A DNA stretch of 64,000 nucleotides from Malacoraja senta (Eukaryota), in NCBI GenBank assembly GCA_038087875.1, contig JAXLNO010000630.1:62001-126000 (forward strand). The letters run 5' to 3'. Positions 1-10,256 of the stretch are shown here, piece after piece. Within the stretch, counting starts at the first letter, position 1, and every line of letters begins with the position of its first letter. A program made the position numbers and the translations under genes. The notes beneath the pieces were generated by a model. It was not told where the DNA came from. It did no database searches and saw only the letters and a program-made list of their open reading frames with translations.

Positions 1-3000
1 GAAGAGGAAATGTACTGACATTTTGGTGCTATCCCTGCCCACTGCAGTGAGCACACGCATGGATCGGTCTGACAATCCGAGCCGCAGGAGCAGTCTTCTC
101 AGAGTCTGCGTCAATGAATTGATTTTATGATGCAGAGGCTGGTTTCCCGAGTCACGGGCTGAACCGGCAAAGTTTTATGTTTAGAATAACCATATAAGGT
201 TCCATTATATTCCCAACATAAGCGGGAAACATGGCTGCATAGGTCAGTCAGACAGTACGCAAAAACCTGAGGCGGGATCTTGCTGAATTTATTGCAAGAC
301 CCGATTTAAGAGGCAAAAATGGAGAAAAGACATAAAAGAATACTTCTCCCCCGTGCAGCGAGAATGTATCTCTCGCCACTGTGATGCCACATGTTTTTGC
401 AACCGGTGAATGAGCCTGGATACAAACATATCGATATTCGGTGTTCCATCGAGCCAGAATGTCATAAAATACTTGTGATCCAACATCCATTCTGTGTTGT
501 CATGATTTTACATGATGATACACCAGCACCAAATGAGGTTAGGTAAATATGACAGGATACTTTGATTTCATTGCACCCATGTGACTAACATATGCCACCA
601 CCATAGTGTATCAACTGGGAATTAAGCATGCAGATTATGCCTATTCGCACAATAACCCTTTAACCCATAGAATGCACCTATTGTCTATAGGTAGTTGATA
701 CCAATAACTGAAGAATTGGTAACTCAAGCAAATCCCATCTGCCTCCGTAACTAGAGGTGGCACTCGTAGTTTTCCATCTTTGAGCACTTGCATCATTTTG
801 TAATATAACTGAAGATTTACTGACCAAACCCTACTGGAGCAATGCTGAATACTGTTCGTCCACCATTGTGACTTTGGTAGCTTCAGCTGGTAATAGCATA
901 GGTCTGTTAACAATGATCTACATGGCACCTGAGAGGTTACTACTTTGCATGTTGTAAGTTCTTATAATGCAAAGGCCCAATTTGCACAGCTGAAACAGCT
1001 ACTATATTGCCAATTACACTTGATGAATAGAAGGTTGCTTCATAACAAGGTTGTTACAGGCTTTATTGTTCTTGCCCTGGGGCGGAGTCAGAGACAAATT
1101 AATAGCTAAAGGTAGATCCCAATAATTAATAACTCTAGTTGGTATCAACTTAAATTTAACAGGATGGATGAGGAACCTCAATTTCTCAAATATAGTTTGC
1201 GGCTGAAACAGTTGATTTTAGCAAAATACAGCGTTTAGAATATCATCCATTTAAGCCATAACAAGTGTTTTTGAGCTCTGAGCAGCCAAGCACCGGTTTA
1301 GTAATTTGGTAAATAACCTGGGAGCTGAAGTAGCCCATTTTGCAAAGCTTTAACTGTTATCATAGCCCCATCCAGTTAAATTTCAAATGCCTCCGGTGAT
1401 CCCTGTGAATGGGACCTAAATAGTATGTATCTTTGAGATCGATGCATGCCATAAAGATCCTATGGAAATCAGTTGTTAGACAGTAACGAAGTTCCCTATT
1501 CTGAAATGTCTATATTACACATGCGAGTTAATCAAGGATGAACCGACATCCTTCATCTTTCACAAGGAACAGGCCACGCCTGCCATAATTCCGTGCCTGC
1601 CTCAACGATAACTCTGGTCAGATTCCCGAGCCTGTCTCGAAAGGCAATCCTGGCCATAATGCTGAGCCTGCCTCGAAAGACAACTCTGGCCATAATTCTG
1701 AGCCTGCCTCGAAAGACAACTGGCCTTATTTCCGAGCCTGTCTTGAAAGGCAATCCTGGCCATAATACTGAGCCTGCCTTGAAAGACAACTCAGGTCCCA
1801 ATTCCAAGCCATGCTTGGACCCTTATATACTGTGCAATATAAACTAATCACATGTTATCATTTTAGTTATAAACGGATCTGAATCTCATGTTATCATAGT
1901 CATTTGTACAAAAACAAGTGTAAATATTACCAACTTGTAAATGGTCCACATACCCCATGTTTCGGAAGAACCAGACCCACCTAACTCCATGGTTACCGGT
2001 GGTCATATGGTAAGCCCAAAGGCCCCTGATGTGGGTTCTATTTCTGTCCTTGATTGGAGAGTAGGACTGGTAGGGTGTGTGGATTCCACATTTTTCCTGA
2101 GACCGGCTTGGGCCTTGGCCTGAAAGACCTCTGCCCAGCTTTCAAGCTGCCAGCATCTTCAGTGAACCGCTTACTGCCGATGAAGGCGTGGGGTGCGTCG
2201 TCGCCGAAACGATGAAGCTTTGCTCGTCGCCGGTACCTTGATTAATCCGACAGCTTTTGCTTCCTCATGCAGGTATTACCTGTTGGATAAGTCTTACCTG
2301 ACCTCCAATGTCACCCCTGATAGCGCTGTTCACTACCGGCACTTGTAGCGTGAGGGGAACTCTGGCCCCTTCCGGGTTTTCTGCCAACGGCTGGTAACCA
2401 ACTCCTCTGGCAGCAACACCTTCGTTTGCGAGGATTCCCTTGAAGCCATACGCATGTGCTCCAGTATGTTCCATGGACATACTTTCGAATTTGAAGTCAC
2501 TTACACACTGACCACTCGCACACTCCTGCACAGAGAGGGAGATTCGTAGGCAGCCCTGAAACAGGTGCTGCCGCAGGCCCCTGAGGATACCTGCGCTGAT
2601 ATGGCCCCTCCTACGGACCTATATCAAGATGCAGCATCACATTTGTGGGATAAACGCCCGAGGGCGCTATCCATGCTCCATTTTTTCCATTGTAGGCACT
2701 TCTGATTCATGCCCTTCGTGCCTTGTGGTATGCTCTCTGGCTATACCTTTGAACTCATGAGTCAGAAACTGACCCCGAATGCTCCCCTGCTCAGAGAGGG
2801 AGACATTGTGCAGCCCTGAAACAGGTGCCGCTGCCGCGGGCTCCCGAGGAGACCCGGGTGATATAAGTTCCTCCTTTGGAGCATATCATTGTGGAGCAAC
2901 CTCTCCATCAGGTGCTCCATGTGGGTTAGACGTCCGAAGACGCTACCCATTGAAGGAGGGGAACCCTCCTGGCCTGACTCGCCCGAGTGCATAGGCCTGA

Positions 3001-3490
3001 CCGGCTTATAATTGGATTTACCCCCATTTCATGGAAACCACAGTGGTTTGGGTGCCGCTGACCGTACTGTCAGCGACTCTGGTGGCGATACCGACTTATT
3101 CCTGGATTTACCCCCTCCATGGGAACCACAGCGGTCTGGGAGCCGCTGACCGCATTGTCAGCGACTGGGGTAGCGGCCACGACGGCCGCCGGCTACCCGC
3201 GCTTCGGCGGTCCGGACCGGGGTCTCCCCACGGTCCATATCCGGTTTACCCGCGGCCCGTCCGGACTTCGCCCCGAAAATATCCAGCAGGAAACCTCTGT
3301 AAGAAGTGATTCGTGCAAAAAAAAAACAGAACCTGGTACTAAGCACAAAACTTACCTGCAGGTTTAAACTTACCGCTGGAAGGAGCAACGCGCCTGCCAG
3401 TCAGTCATTGCACAATGCGCTAGACGTAATGACGCGCATGCGGCCTGACGGCCTTCTTCACGCAGTCACTCACGTGACTCCGAAGTAAAA
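1..3490 (-). mobile_element. Decayed DIRS1-type tyrosine-recombinase retrotransposon (copy B); left terminus, gag, RT/RNaseH/MT remnants and start of YR; runs off the window start
   Basis: Left terminus (rc TTTTACTTCGGAGTCACGTGAGTGACTGCGTGAAGAAG) matches the ICR at 35020-35054 and the terminus at 57368. The gag peptide SVFGRLTHMEHLMERLL (ORF 2762-2992) is shared with 30592-31062. RT/RH/MT fragments (DLKDTYY-like; PNIDMFVSRL) and the YR start (TLRRLLLRLGLSDRS at ~60-105) are visible with many stops. Confidence 0.9.
1575..1815. repeat. ~36-bp minisatellite, about 7 degenerate copies, inside the RT region of DIRS copy B
   Basis: Unit GGCCATAATNCTGAGCCTGCCTCGAAAGACAACTCT repeated head to tail with no spacers. 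Confidence 0.9.
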
Positions 3491-3494
3491 TCTA

Positions 3495-5360
3495 GGCATA
3501 ATTTTGTGGAACCTCCTCTGCACGCTCTCCGACGCTTCCACGTCTTTCTTCTAATGTGATGAGCAGAACTGCACGCAATACTCCAAACACGCAGTGTCAT
3601 AAATCTGCATCAAGACTTATTGACTCTTACTCTCGATGCCGCGACCAATGAAGGCAAGCAGACCAAATTCCTTCTTTACCACTCTGCCTGACTTTCAGCG
3701 AGTTATGAACTTGGACTCGAATATTCCTCTGAATATCCATGTTGTTAATGATCTTACCATTAATTTTACATTTCCCCCTCACATTCAGAACTAGTAAACT
3801 CGTTCACATCCCTTTACCGCTCGTGTGGCGACCAACTGTCTCTGTCATCTCTATCTAATGTCGTTATTTAATGTTATTTTTCCGTTATTGCACTATAACA
3901 AGGTGCCCTGAACTAAACACGGTATAAATGCGGTCTTACCAATGTCTTGCATAACAGCAACATGACCTCCCAAATTCTATGTACCTACATTCCTAGATCC
4001 TTCTGCTCCATAACACTCCGCAGACACTGTGTAGGTCCTGGCCATGTAAGACTTTCCAAAATACAACATGTCACATTTCTCTGTATTAAATTCCATCCAC
4101 CTTTCGTCAGAAACCTAGCTAATCGATCAGGATCCCGCTGCAATTTTTGGCATCCATCTTCACTCTCTGGAATCCTACCCACTTTTGTATTATCTGCAAA
4201 CTTGCTAGGCTAGCCATGTACATTCTCATACAAATAATATACAATACAATGCAATACAATACAATTTATTTGTTGTCATTAGAACCTCATTGAGGTTCAA
4301 ACGAAATTTGGTTTCTGCAGTCATACAAACAAGTAGAAGAACCAAGACACAACACAATTTACTCAAACATCCATCACAGCGAATCTCCTCCTCGCTGTGA
4401 TGGAAGGCAAAGTCTTATCTCTCCCCTGCACTCCGGCGGGCGATGGTAAATAAATCCCGCGGCCATTTAAGACGCTCCGGGAGATGCAAGGCCGCGCTCC
4501 GGGTCTTGATGTTGGAGCCCCCGGCGGGCGCTAGCAAGTCCCGCGGCCATTAAAGCTGTACCGGGCGATGTTAGGCCCCGCTCCAGGTCATTTTAAACCC
4601 GGCAACTCGGGCGGGAAAAGTTGCCGTTGCGGGAGCTCCAAAAAGCGGTCTGCCACCAGGGACCCGCGAGCTCCCGATGTTACCGTCCACCGGGCCGGCG
4701 GCTGGAGCCTCCGAATCTCCGGGGTCGGGCCGCAGCCGCGCGCCACCACAGCTCCTCCCGCTCCGAACTCGGCCAGCTCCGCGATGGTGAGTAGTCCGCA
4801 GGCTCCGCGACTGGAGCCCCAGGTCGTTCCGGTTGGAGGCCACACCACGGTGCAAGGCCCCAACGACAACGGAGACCCGACAGGGAAAAGGTCGGGTCCT
4901 CCGTACAGGGAAAAGATTTTAAAAGTTTCCCCACCCCCCGCCCTCCACACATACCCAGTTAAAAAAAACACTATAACTACACTCAAACGTGAGTCGCGCC
5001 GCCCACCCACATTGGTGATAAACAGTAATGGACCGAGCTGCAAATTCTGAGGCACACCACAGGCCTCCAGTCTGAGAAGCAACCTTCCAACATTACTCTC
5101 TGCTGCCTTCCATGAAGCCAATTTTATATCAATTCGGCTATATCTCCATGGACCCCATGCGATCTAACCTGCCAGAGCAGCTTAGCGTGTGGAACCTTGT
5201 CGAGTGATTTCCCCTGCTCTAACATTTTGGTCACATCTTCAAATGTGAAGATTTCCTATTCTATGTATTCTACCCCTCAGAATAATCTCTAGTAACTTTG
5301 CAACTGCAGATGTAAAGTTCACTGGCCTGTAGTTACCAGCCTTTTCCATGTATCCCTTTT
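3495..5360 (-). mobile_element. Old CR1-type LINE RT fragments, interrupted by another retroelement at ~4240-4985
   Basis: Reverse strand encodes degenerate CR1 ORF2 motifs (FADNTK-like, CQKLQRDPDRLARF, LEYCVQFC-like). Confidence 0.7.
4240..4985 (-). mobile_element. GC-rich non-autonomous LINE/SINE-like retroelement with (ATTGT)n 3' tail
   Basis: (TACAA)n tail at 4240-4265. An inverted second copy lies at 47780-48333; ORFs 4568-5050 and 47781-47984 align almost residue for residue. Confidence 0.75.
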
Positions 5361-5490
5361 TGAAGGGCTAAACTCTCCACGTAATTTCGTGTAACAGACG
5401 AAGTGATTCCAATATCTGCGTGGATGTGTTGATATCATTGGAGTTCAGGAAATGCATGTGTTAGTTAATTACCTTCGTCTGTGAATTTTG

Positions 5491-6123
5491 TGATATACAT
5501 TTTTATTAGAAGCAAACATATTACAGTGTAGAGTAACATATTATAATAGAATAGAAGAAAAAACTTTTCATATACATCAATCATTCATACATTATTAAAT
5601 TTGTCAATTGTCAGTTAATTCTGCTTCTAGTGTTTTTTTTATATAGATAGAAAAAGAAAAATAGAGAGAATGAAGAGAAAGAAAGAAGAATTTCAATATC
5701 AAAAAAGAAAAAAAGGTGGAATGAATAACTTATAATACGTCATAGGAGATACGTTCGTAGGTTATGAAATATAATTACATCTAATCCTGAGTTCAAGCTT
5801 CAGTCGGGCTTTCGCGCTGGGCCACTCTATCCCTTCAAATAGGCAATGAATGGAGCCCATATTTTAACAAAAAGTTCTTGCTTGTCCATTAAGACGAGTC
5901 TAATTCTTTCTAGATGTAGGGTCTCCGACATTTCCACAATCCACATTTTAATTGTGGGGGTTGTAGGGCCTTTCCAGAATTTAAATATTAATTTTTTCCC
6001 TGTTATTATACTGTAGTCAAGGAAGTTTCTTTGGCTTGTTGTGAGTGTTAAACTTTGTTCTGATATCCCAAGTATTATTAATTTTGAGTCTGGAGCTAGT
6101 TTGGTATTAACAACTTCAGAGAT
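5491..6123 (-). mobile_element. 5'-truncated L1 LINE (ORF2 C-terminus + 3' UTR) with 11-bp TSD TGTGAATTTTG
   Basis: The rc translation ...IITGKKLILKFWKGPTTPTIKMWI...LHLERIRL matches the C-terminus of ORF 60481-62520. TSD at 5480-5490 and 6124-6134. Confidence 0.9.
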
Positions 6124-6430
6124 TGTGAATTTTGATCCTATGAATAATAACGACCGAGTGGCAAGATGGTGGCGTGAATCATCCCTTTCGAGGAAGCCGT
6201 ATGTCTAACGTTACTTCCCAAACTAAGACCATTTTTGCTGATTTTACTTAATCACACTGTGCACGTAATGTTATTAATGTTACAAATTTGAAGTTTATTG
6301 TTCAGGTTAGAAATAAGATTGTTAACAGAAATAGTTACATTTAAGATACTCTAACCTCGTGTCATAGAAATAGAGTTTGCAACATTCTCTATTGTAAAAT
6401 GTGAACAAAGAACATTAAAACTAACAGTTC

Positions 6431-6570
6431 GAGAATTCCCTCTAGGAGAGAAATTCATTGCACAATGAGGAAAAAAATGTTTACGGTTGATATTTGTTCA
6501 GTGGGCTGTGGCTGATGTGCCAGAGGAGACGGTCTGCTAATTGTCTCAATGGAATTCCCTCTCGTATAAA
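6431..6570 (+). promoter_or_regulatory. Putative GPCR proximal promoter: TATA box plus NF-kB-like and C/EBP motifs
   Basis: TATAAA at 6565-6570, 77 nt before the ATG. GAATTCCC (rc GGGAATTC) at 6433-6440 and 6552-6559. ATTGCACAAT at 6457-6466, followed by GAGGAA. Motif matches only. Confidence 0.5.
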
Positions 6571-6646
6571 TGTGTATTAAATCAATCACAAGTACAAATG
6601 GACAGTTGGAAAGTTCTGTGCGACTGTTCGCTGCTTCACACGGAAA

Positions 6647-6716
6647 ATGGAATATCCAGCAATTTACTACATAGCCGGCACTTTCTACCCTGTACTTGCG
6701 GCGTTTGGTATTCCTG
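6647..6716 (+). CDS. Exon 1 of class A orphan GPCR (GPR139-like family): short N-terminus and start of TM1
   Basis: ATG in AAAATGG context encoding MEYPAIYYIAGTFYPVLAAFGIP, then G|GTAAG donor at 6717 (phase 1), which joins in frame to 8921. Confidence 0.9.
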
Positions 6717-6744
6717 GTAAGATACTGGAACTGGCTACTCTGTG

Positions 6745-7050
6745 TTTTGTTTCGTTTAGAGATACGTTGCGGAAACATGCCCTTCGATCCACCAAGTCCG
6801 CGCCAACCAGCAATCCCCGCACACTGACGCTACCCTAGGGCGAATTTACAATTGTACCAAGCCAATTAGCCTGCAGACCTGTACGTCTTTGGAGTGTGGG
6901 CGGAAACCGGAGATCCCGGAGAAAATCCAAGAAGGTCACAGGCATAGTGTACAAACTCCGTGCAGACAAGGAACCGAAGTCAGGATCAAACCCGGATCTC
7001 TGGCACTGTGTGTAGTTCTCTTTCCTTTCTCAACCTGCTGCTCTGTACAA
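6745..7050 (-). mobile_element. tRNA-type SINE in the GPCR intron
   Basis: Homologous to copies at ~27490-27825, 30420-30555, 51815-52205 and 52767-57405 (CCAATTAACCTACAAACC...ACGTCTTTGGAGTG core). Confidence 0.75.
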
Positions 7051-7470
7051 TAGTCGCTTTGATACCCAGCCCAGATGCTATCTCAGCTGAAGAGTGTCTT
7101 TGGAAGGTTCAGGCTTCAGTGTCTGTTTTATTTAAGGCATTTTGTTGTTATTGATGTGTTGTTCTTTTGTCAATCACCTCGCTTAAATTAGTGCTAATGT
7201 TAATATTGTTTCAGTATTTAACCGTGTTCAAATTGTTTCTGACATATATTCTTCCAGCTCCGCGTATCATTAATACAGAAAATTGGAACTTTGCAGCACC
7301 AAGCAGACACTCCTTACCGTCGCTGATGATACAGCAACAAGCTTTCGAGTTAATAGCCGATACGCAGGATTTTTCCCACCACGAGGCAGCGAATGAGAAA
7401 TGTTTAATGTCTGTCAAAATGTCTGTGCAATTATCACAAGCTGAAAAACCTCTATTTTTTTCGCTCTATA

Positions 7471-8444
7471 TGGGGGTTGCACGTAAGGTCATCGGGTCAA
7501 AGGGCGTGACGCACAGAACAGCTCAATCCTCCTGGCATACACTGTCGCACACGAAACGCGTACTTCCTTACCTGTTAAAAACCGCCGAAATAGTCAATTA
7601 TTGAGCAGTAAATATTTGTGCAGGATGACTGAGCGCTCTGAAGCAAATGCTATCTAGTATCTTTGCTCTGAACCGGAGAACCAAGGTGTAAGTGGCCGAA
7701 GGAGTGCATCCCTCGGGGCAGCCCCCAATCTCCACGCGCAGTCAGGAATTTCCGGCCACGGTCACCCTCAGCCCCGTCTCCCCCTGTGCGGCCGCACAGT
7801 CACGGGCTTTGGGTCGGCAGCGCCCACACACGTGGCCAGGTGGAGCGCGGCCGCGGTTCCGGGCAGCGGAAACACAGGGCCGAAAACCCGGCAATGTCCG
7901 CGTCAGCTGCAGCAGAGATGGAGACCGTCTGGTCCCCCCGCCCACCCAGAGGCACTGATCGCGATGCACCTGCGCGAGCACCCGCACCCGACCCCCTCCG
8001 CACCGACACCCCTCCCCCGCCCGCCGACCACACCAAACCCCCATCACCCGCCCACTGACCACTGAACAACGTCCCCGTCAGCTGCAGCAGTTGGAGACAG
8101 TCTGGTCCCCCCGCCCACCCAGAGTCACTGCCCACGCTGCACCGGCACACCGATCCCCCCGACCAACCCACCCCGACCAAACCCCGCCCCCCTCGACCAC
8201 CCCCCCACCCCCCGATCCCCCCCGCGGCCACCCCAGACCCCACCCTCCCATCACCCTATCAAAGCGGGGACAGACTGCCTGGGGTCCGCGATAGTGGACC
8301 CCGGATGCTGGGACAGAAGACGAGCCCGTTGTACTGGCAGCCACAGTAAGTGCTTACCTGAAGTTCACCGCTTATACTCCAGAAGGCGTTGCGTGGCTAC
8401 AGTACGGGTCACGGGTCGTTACCTAGACTGCCGTGCAACCTCCC
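7471..8444. mobile_element. Non-autonomous DNA transposon, ~13-bp imperfect TIRs, flanked by TATA; GC-rich internal repeats
   Basis: TGGGGGTTGCACG at 7471 versus CGTGCAACCTCCC ending 8444. TATA at 7467-7470 and 8445-8448. The interior is homologous to 16500-16990. Confidence 0.65.
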
Positions 8445-8920
8445 TATAATTCATTTGCCAATTTATGTCTCCACTTGGTTCTTGGTTCTTGCATTCTTGG
8501 TCCTCCAAAATATTCCAAATGGAATTTAAACTGGAGGTGGTGGAGGGAGGACTTAAGCCAGAAAGGGTTTTTGGGAAGAGCTACCTTAAATTTAGTTGCA
8601 TCTGGTTGGGTAACTAAAGCAGGGTGGAGATTATTCTTGCTACGTCTACGTCTGCTACGTACTTGCTACGTCTGTTATACTTGAGGAAGCAGTTCTCGCT
8701 GAGTCGATGTTGTTAATGTTATAATTGCTAATTTCCAAGTTCATTTCCATTGAAGCAACGATTCTAAATGACTGAGGTAGACAGGAAGCCCACGGTAAAT
8801 TGCTGCAAATTGCCGACACATCTGCCCCTCCGATCAGCACCATTTCTCCAAAAGGAAATTAAGTAAAGTGGATCATGTATTAGCTCACTTGGAACTAATG
8901 TTTTATTTTATTTCTTGCAG

Positions 8921-9819
8921 TTAATTTAACGGCGATTGTGATCCTCTCCCGGGGAAAATGTGGTCTCTCCAAATGCATCACCCGTTACCTGGTGGGAATG
9001 GCAACAGCGGATCTAATGGTAGTTGTCGTTGTTGCTGTAATTGAACAAGTTAATAACATCTATGTTTACGCTAGTTCCTTGCTCATAACTCCGGTTTGCG
9101 CTCTGACACTTGTACTGAGGGTTGTTACCAGGGACTGTTCCGTTTGGTTCACCGTCAGTTTCACTTGCGATCGCTTTCTGGCGATCTGTTGTCAAAAGCT
9201 ACGTGACCGCTACAGCAGCGAGAGAGCAGCGTGTGTGGTTATGGTGACTGTGGCTGCCGTCAGTTGCGCCAGGTGCGTTCCCTTTTACTTTGCCGTGGAG
9301 CCTTATGTCATAATTGATAATATACCTTGGCGTTGCGCCGTCACAGAGGAGTACGCCACTTTGTCGGCATGGAAAGGTTTCGAGTTACTTGACAGCATCT
9401 TAACACCGTTGTTACCGATCGGTTTAATCCTGTTGTTCAATGGGTTAACTGTCAGTCATGTCATAGCGGCCAATAGAGTCCGCAGAGGACTTCGGAACAG
9501 CAGTGCGAACCAGAAGGATACAGAGGTGGAGAACCGGAGAAAATCGATGATTTTGCTCTTCGCTGTATCAGGCAATTTCATATTATTTTGGATACCCTAT
9601 GTGGTTCATTCTCTCAAATGGCAAACACAAAATTTCTTTTACACCGATAGATATTTCAGCAGCCCGGTATATATCCTACAGCAGTTTGGATTTATGTTGC
9701 AGATTCTCAGTATGTGCACAAACACGTGTATCTATACACTGACACAGAGGAAATTCAGGGAACAGCTGAAGAGTGGAGTGAAATATCTGCTCACATTGAA
9801 TGGCCGATTATGTAGTTGA
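8921..9819 (+). CDS. Exon 2 of class A orphan GPCR (GPR139-like); spliced protein 322 aa, 7 TM
   Basis: Branch point CTAAT (8895), pyrimidine tract and TTGCAG acceptor at 8920. Splicing gives GIP-V-NLTAIVILSRGKCGLS (TM1 Asn). Other motifs: MATADL (TM2), CDRFLAIC (DRY equivalent), FILFWIP (TM6), CTNTCIY (NPxxY variant). No stops. Family assignment is from recognition; orthology is not established. Confidence 0.92.
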
Positions 9820-9854
9820 CGTGCAAGTCCGTTTGCAACTTCGCTGAACTTTCA

Positions 9855-9899
9855 AATAAATGTCTTTAAAAATTCGTACGTTCGGTAAAATACAATAAA
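9855..9899 (+). terminator. Two candidate polyadenylation signals for the GPCR
   Basis: AATAAA at 9855-9860 and 9894-9899, 36 and 75 nt after the stop codon. Confidence 0.6.
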
Positions 9900-9947
9900 G
9901 TCAAAGCAGGCTTCAATTAGTTACGTTTGGAAAGTGTGGACACATGC

Positions 9948-10163
9948 TGTAGATGGTTTATGCATGCAACCAATAATATAGCTACCTCAGTACGACTAAC
10001 CACGCCTTAGTTATCAAGTATACGAACTCTATCTCCCGTGTGCTCCTCCCTTGGTTCCAGCATGATGATAGACTGGGTGCAGTCAGTGCTGGAAAGTGTT
10101 TAACCTGTCTTATTATTAAACGTTAAGTAAAGCTACAAGTGAGTCATATTCAGCTTCTTTACA
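9948..10163 (+). repeat. Gypsy 5' LTR (216 bp)
   Basis: Direct repeat of 14529-14745; 4 substitutions and 1 indel by manual alignment. Confidence 0.97.
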
Positions 10164-10256
10164 TGGTGTTAGCAAGTTTAAACGCGCGCCTCTTGTATAT
10201 CGTGTTTTTTTTTCTTTGAAAGTGTTGCTTTATCGGAGTTTTGTGACTTTTTGGCC

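Noticed and set aside
1575..1815. 36-bp repeats as a CRISPR array
   Set aside because: No unique spacers, no cas genes, eukaryotic context.
4568..5121. Overlapping GC-rich ORFs (also 7692-8344 and 16359-17069) as genes
   Set aside because: Stop-poor GC-rich dispersed repeats with second copies in the window and no domains.
7167..7604. 145-aa ORF in the GPCR intron
   Set aside because: TTG start, runs into a transposon, no recognisable motif.
8938..9819. GPCR as a single-exon gene starting at GTG 8938
   Set aside because: It would lack most of TM1; canonical splicing to 6647-6716 restores it in frame.
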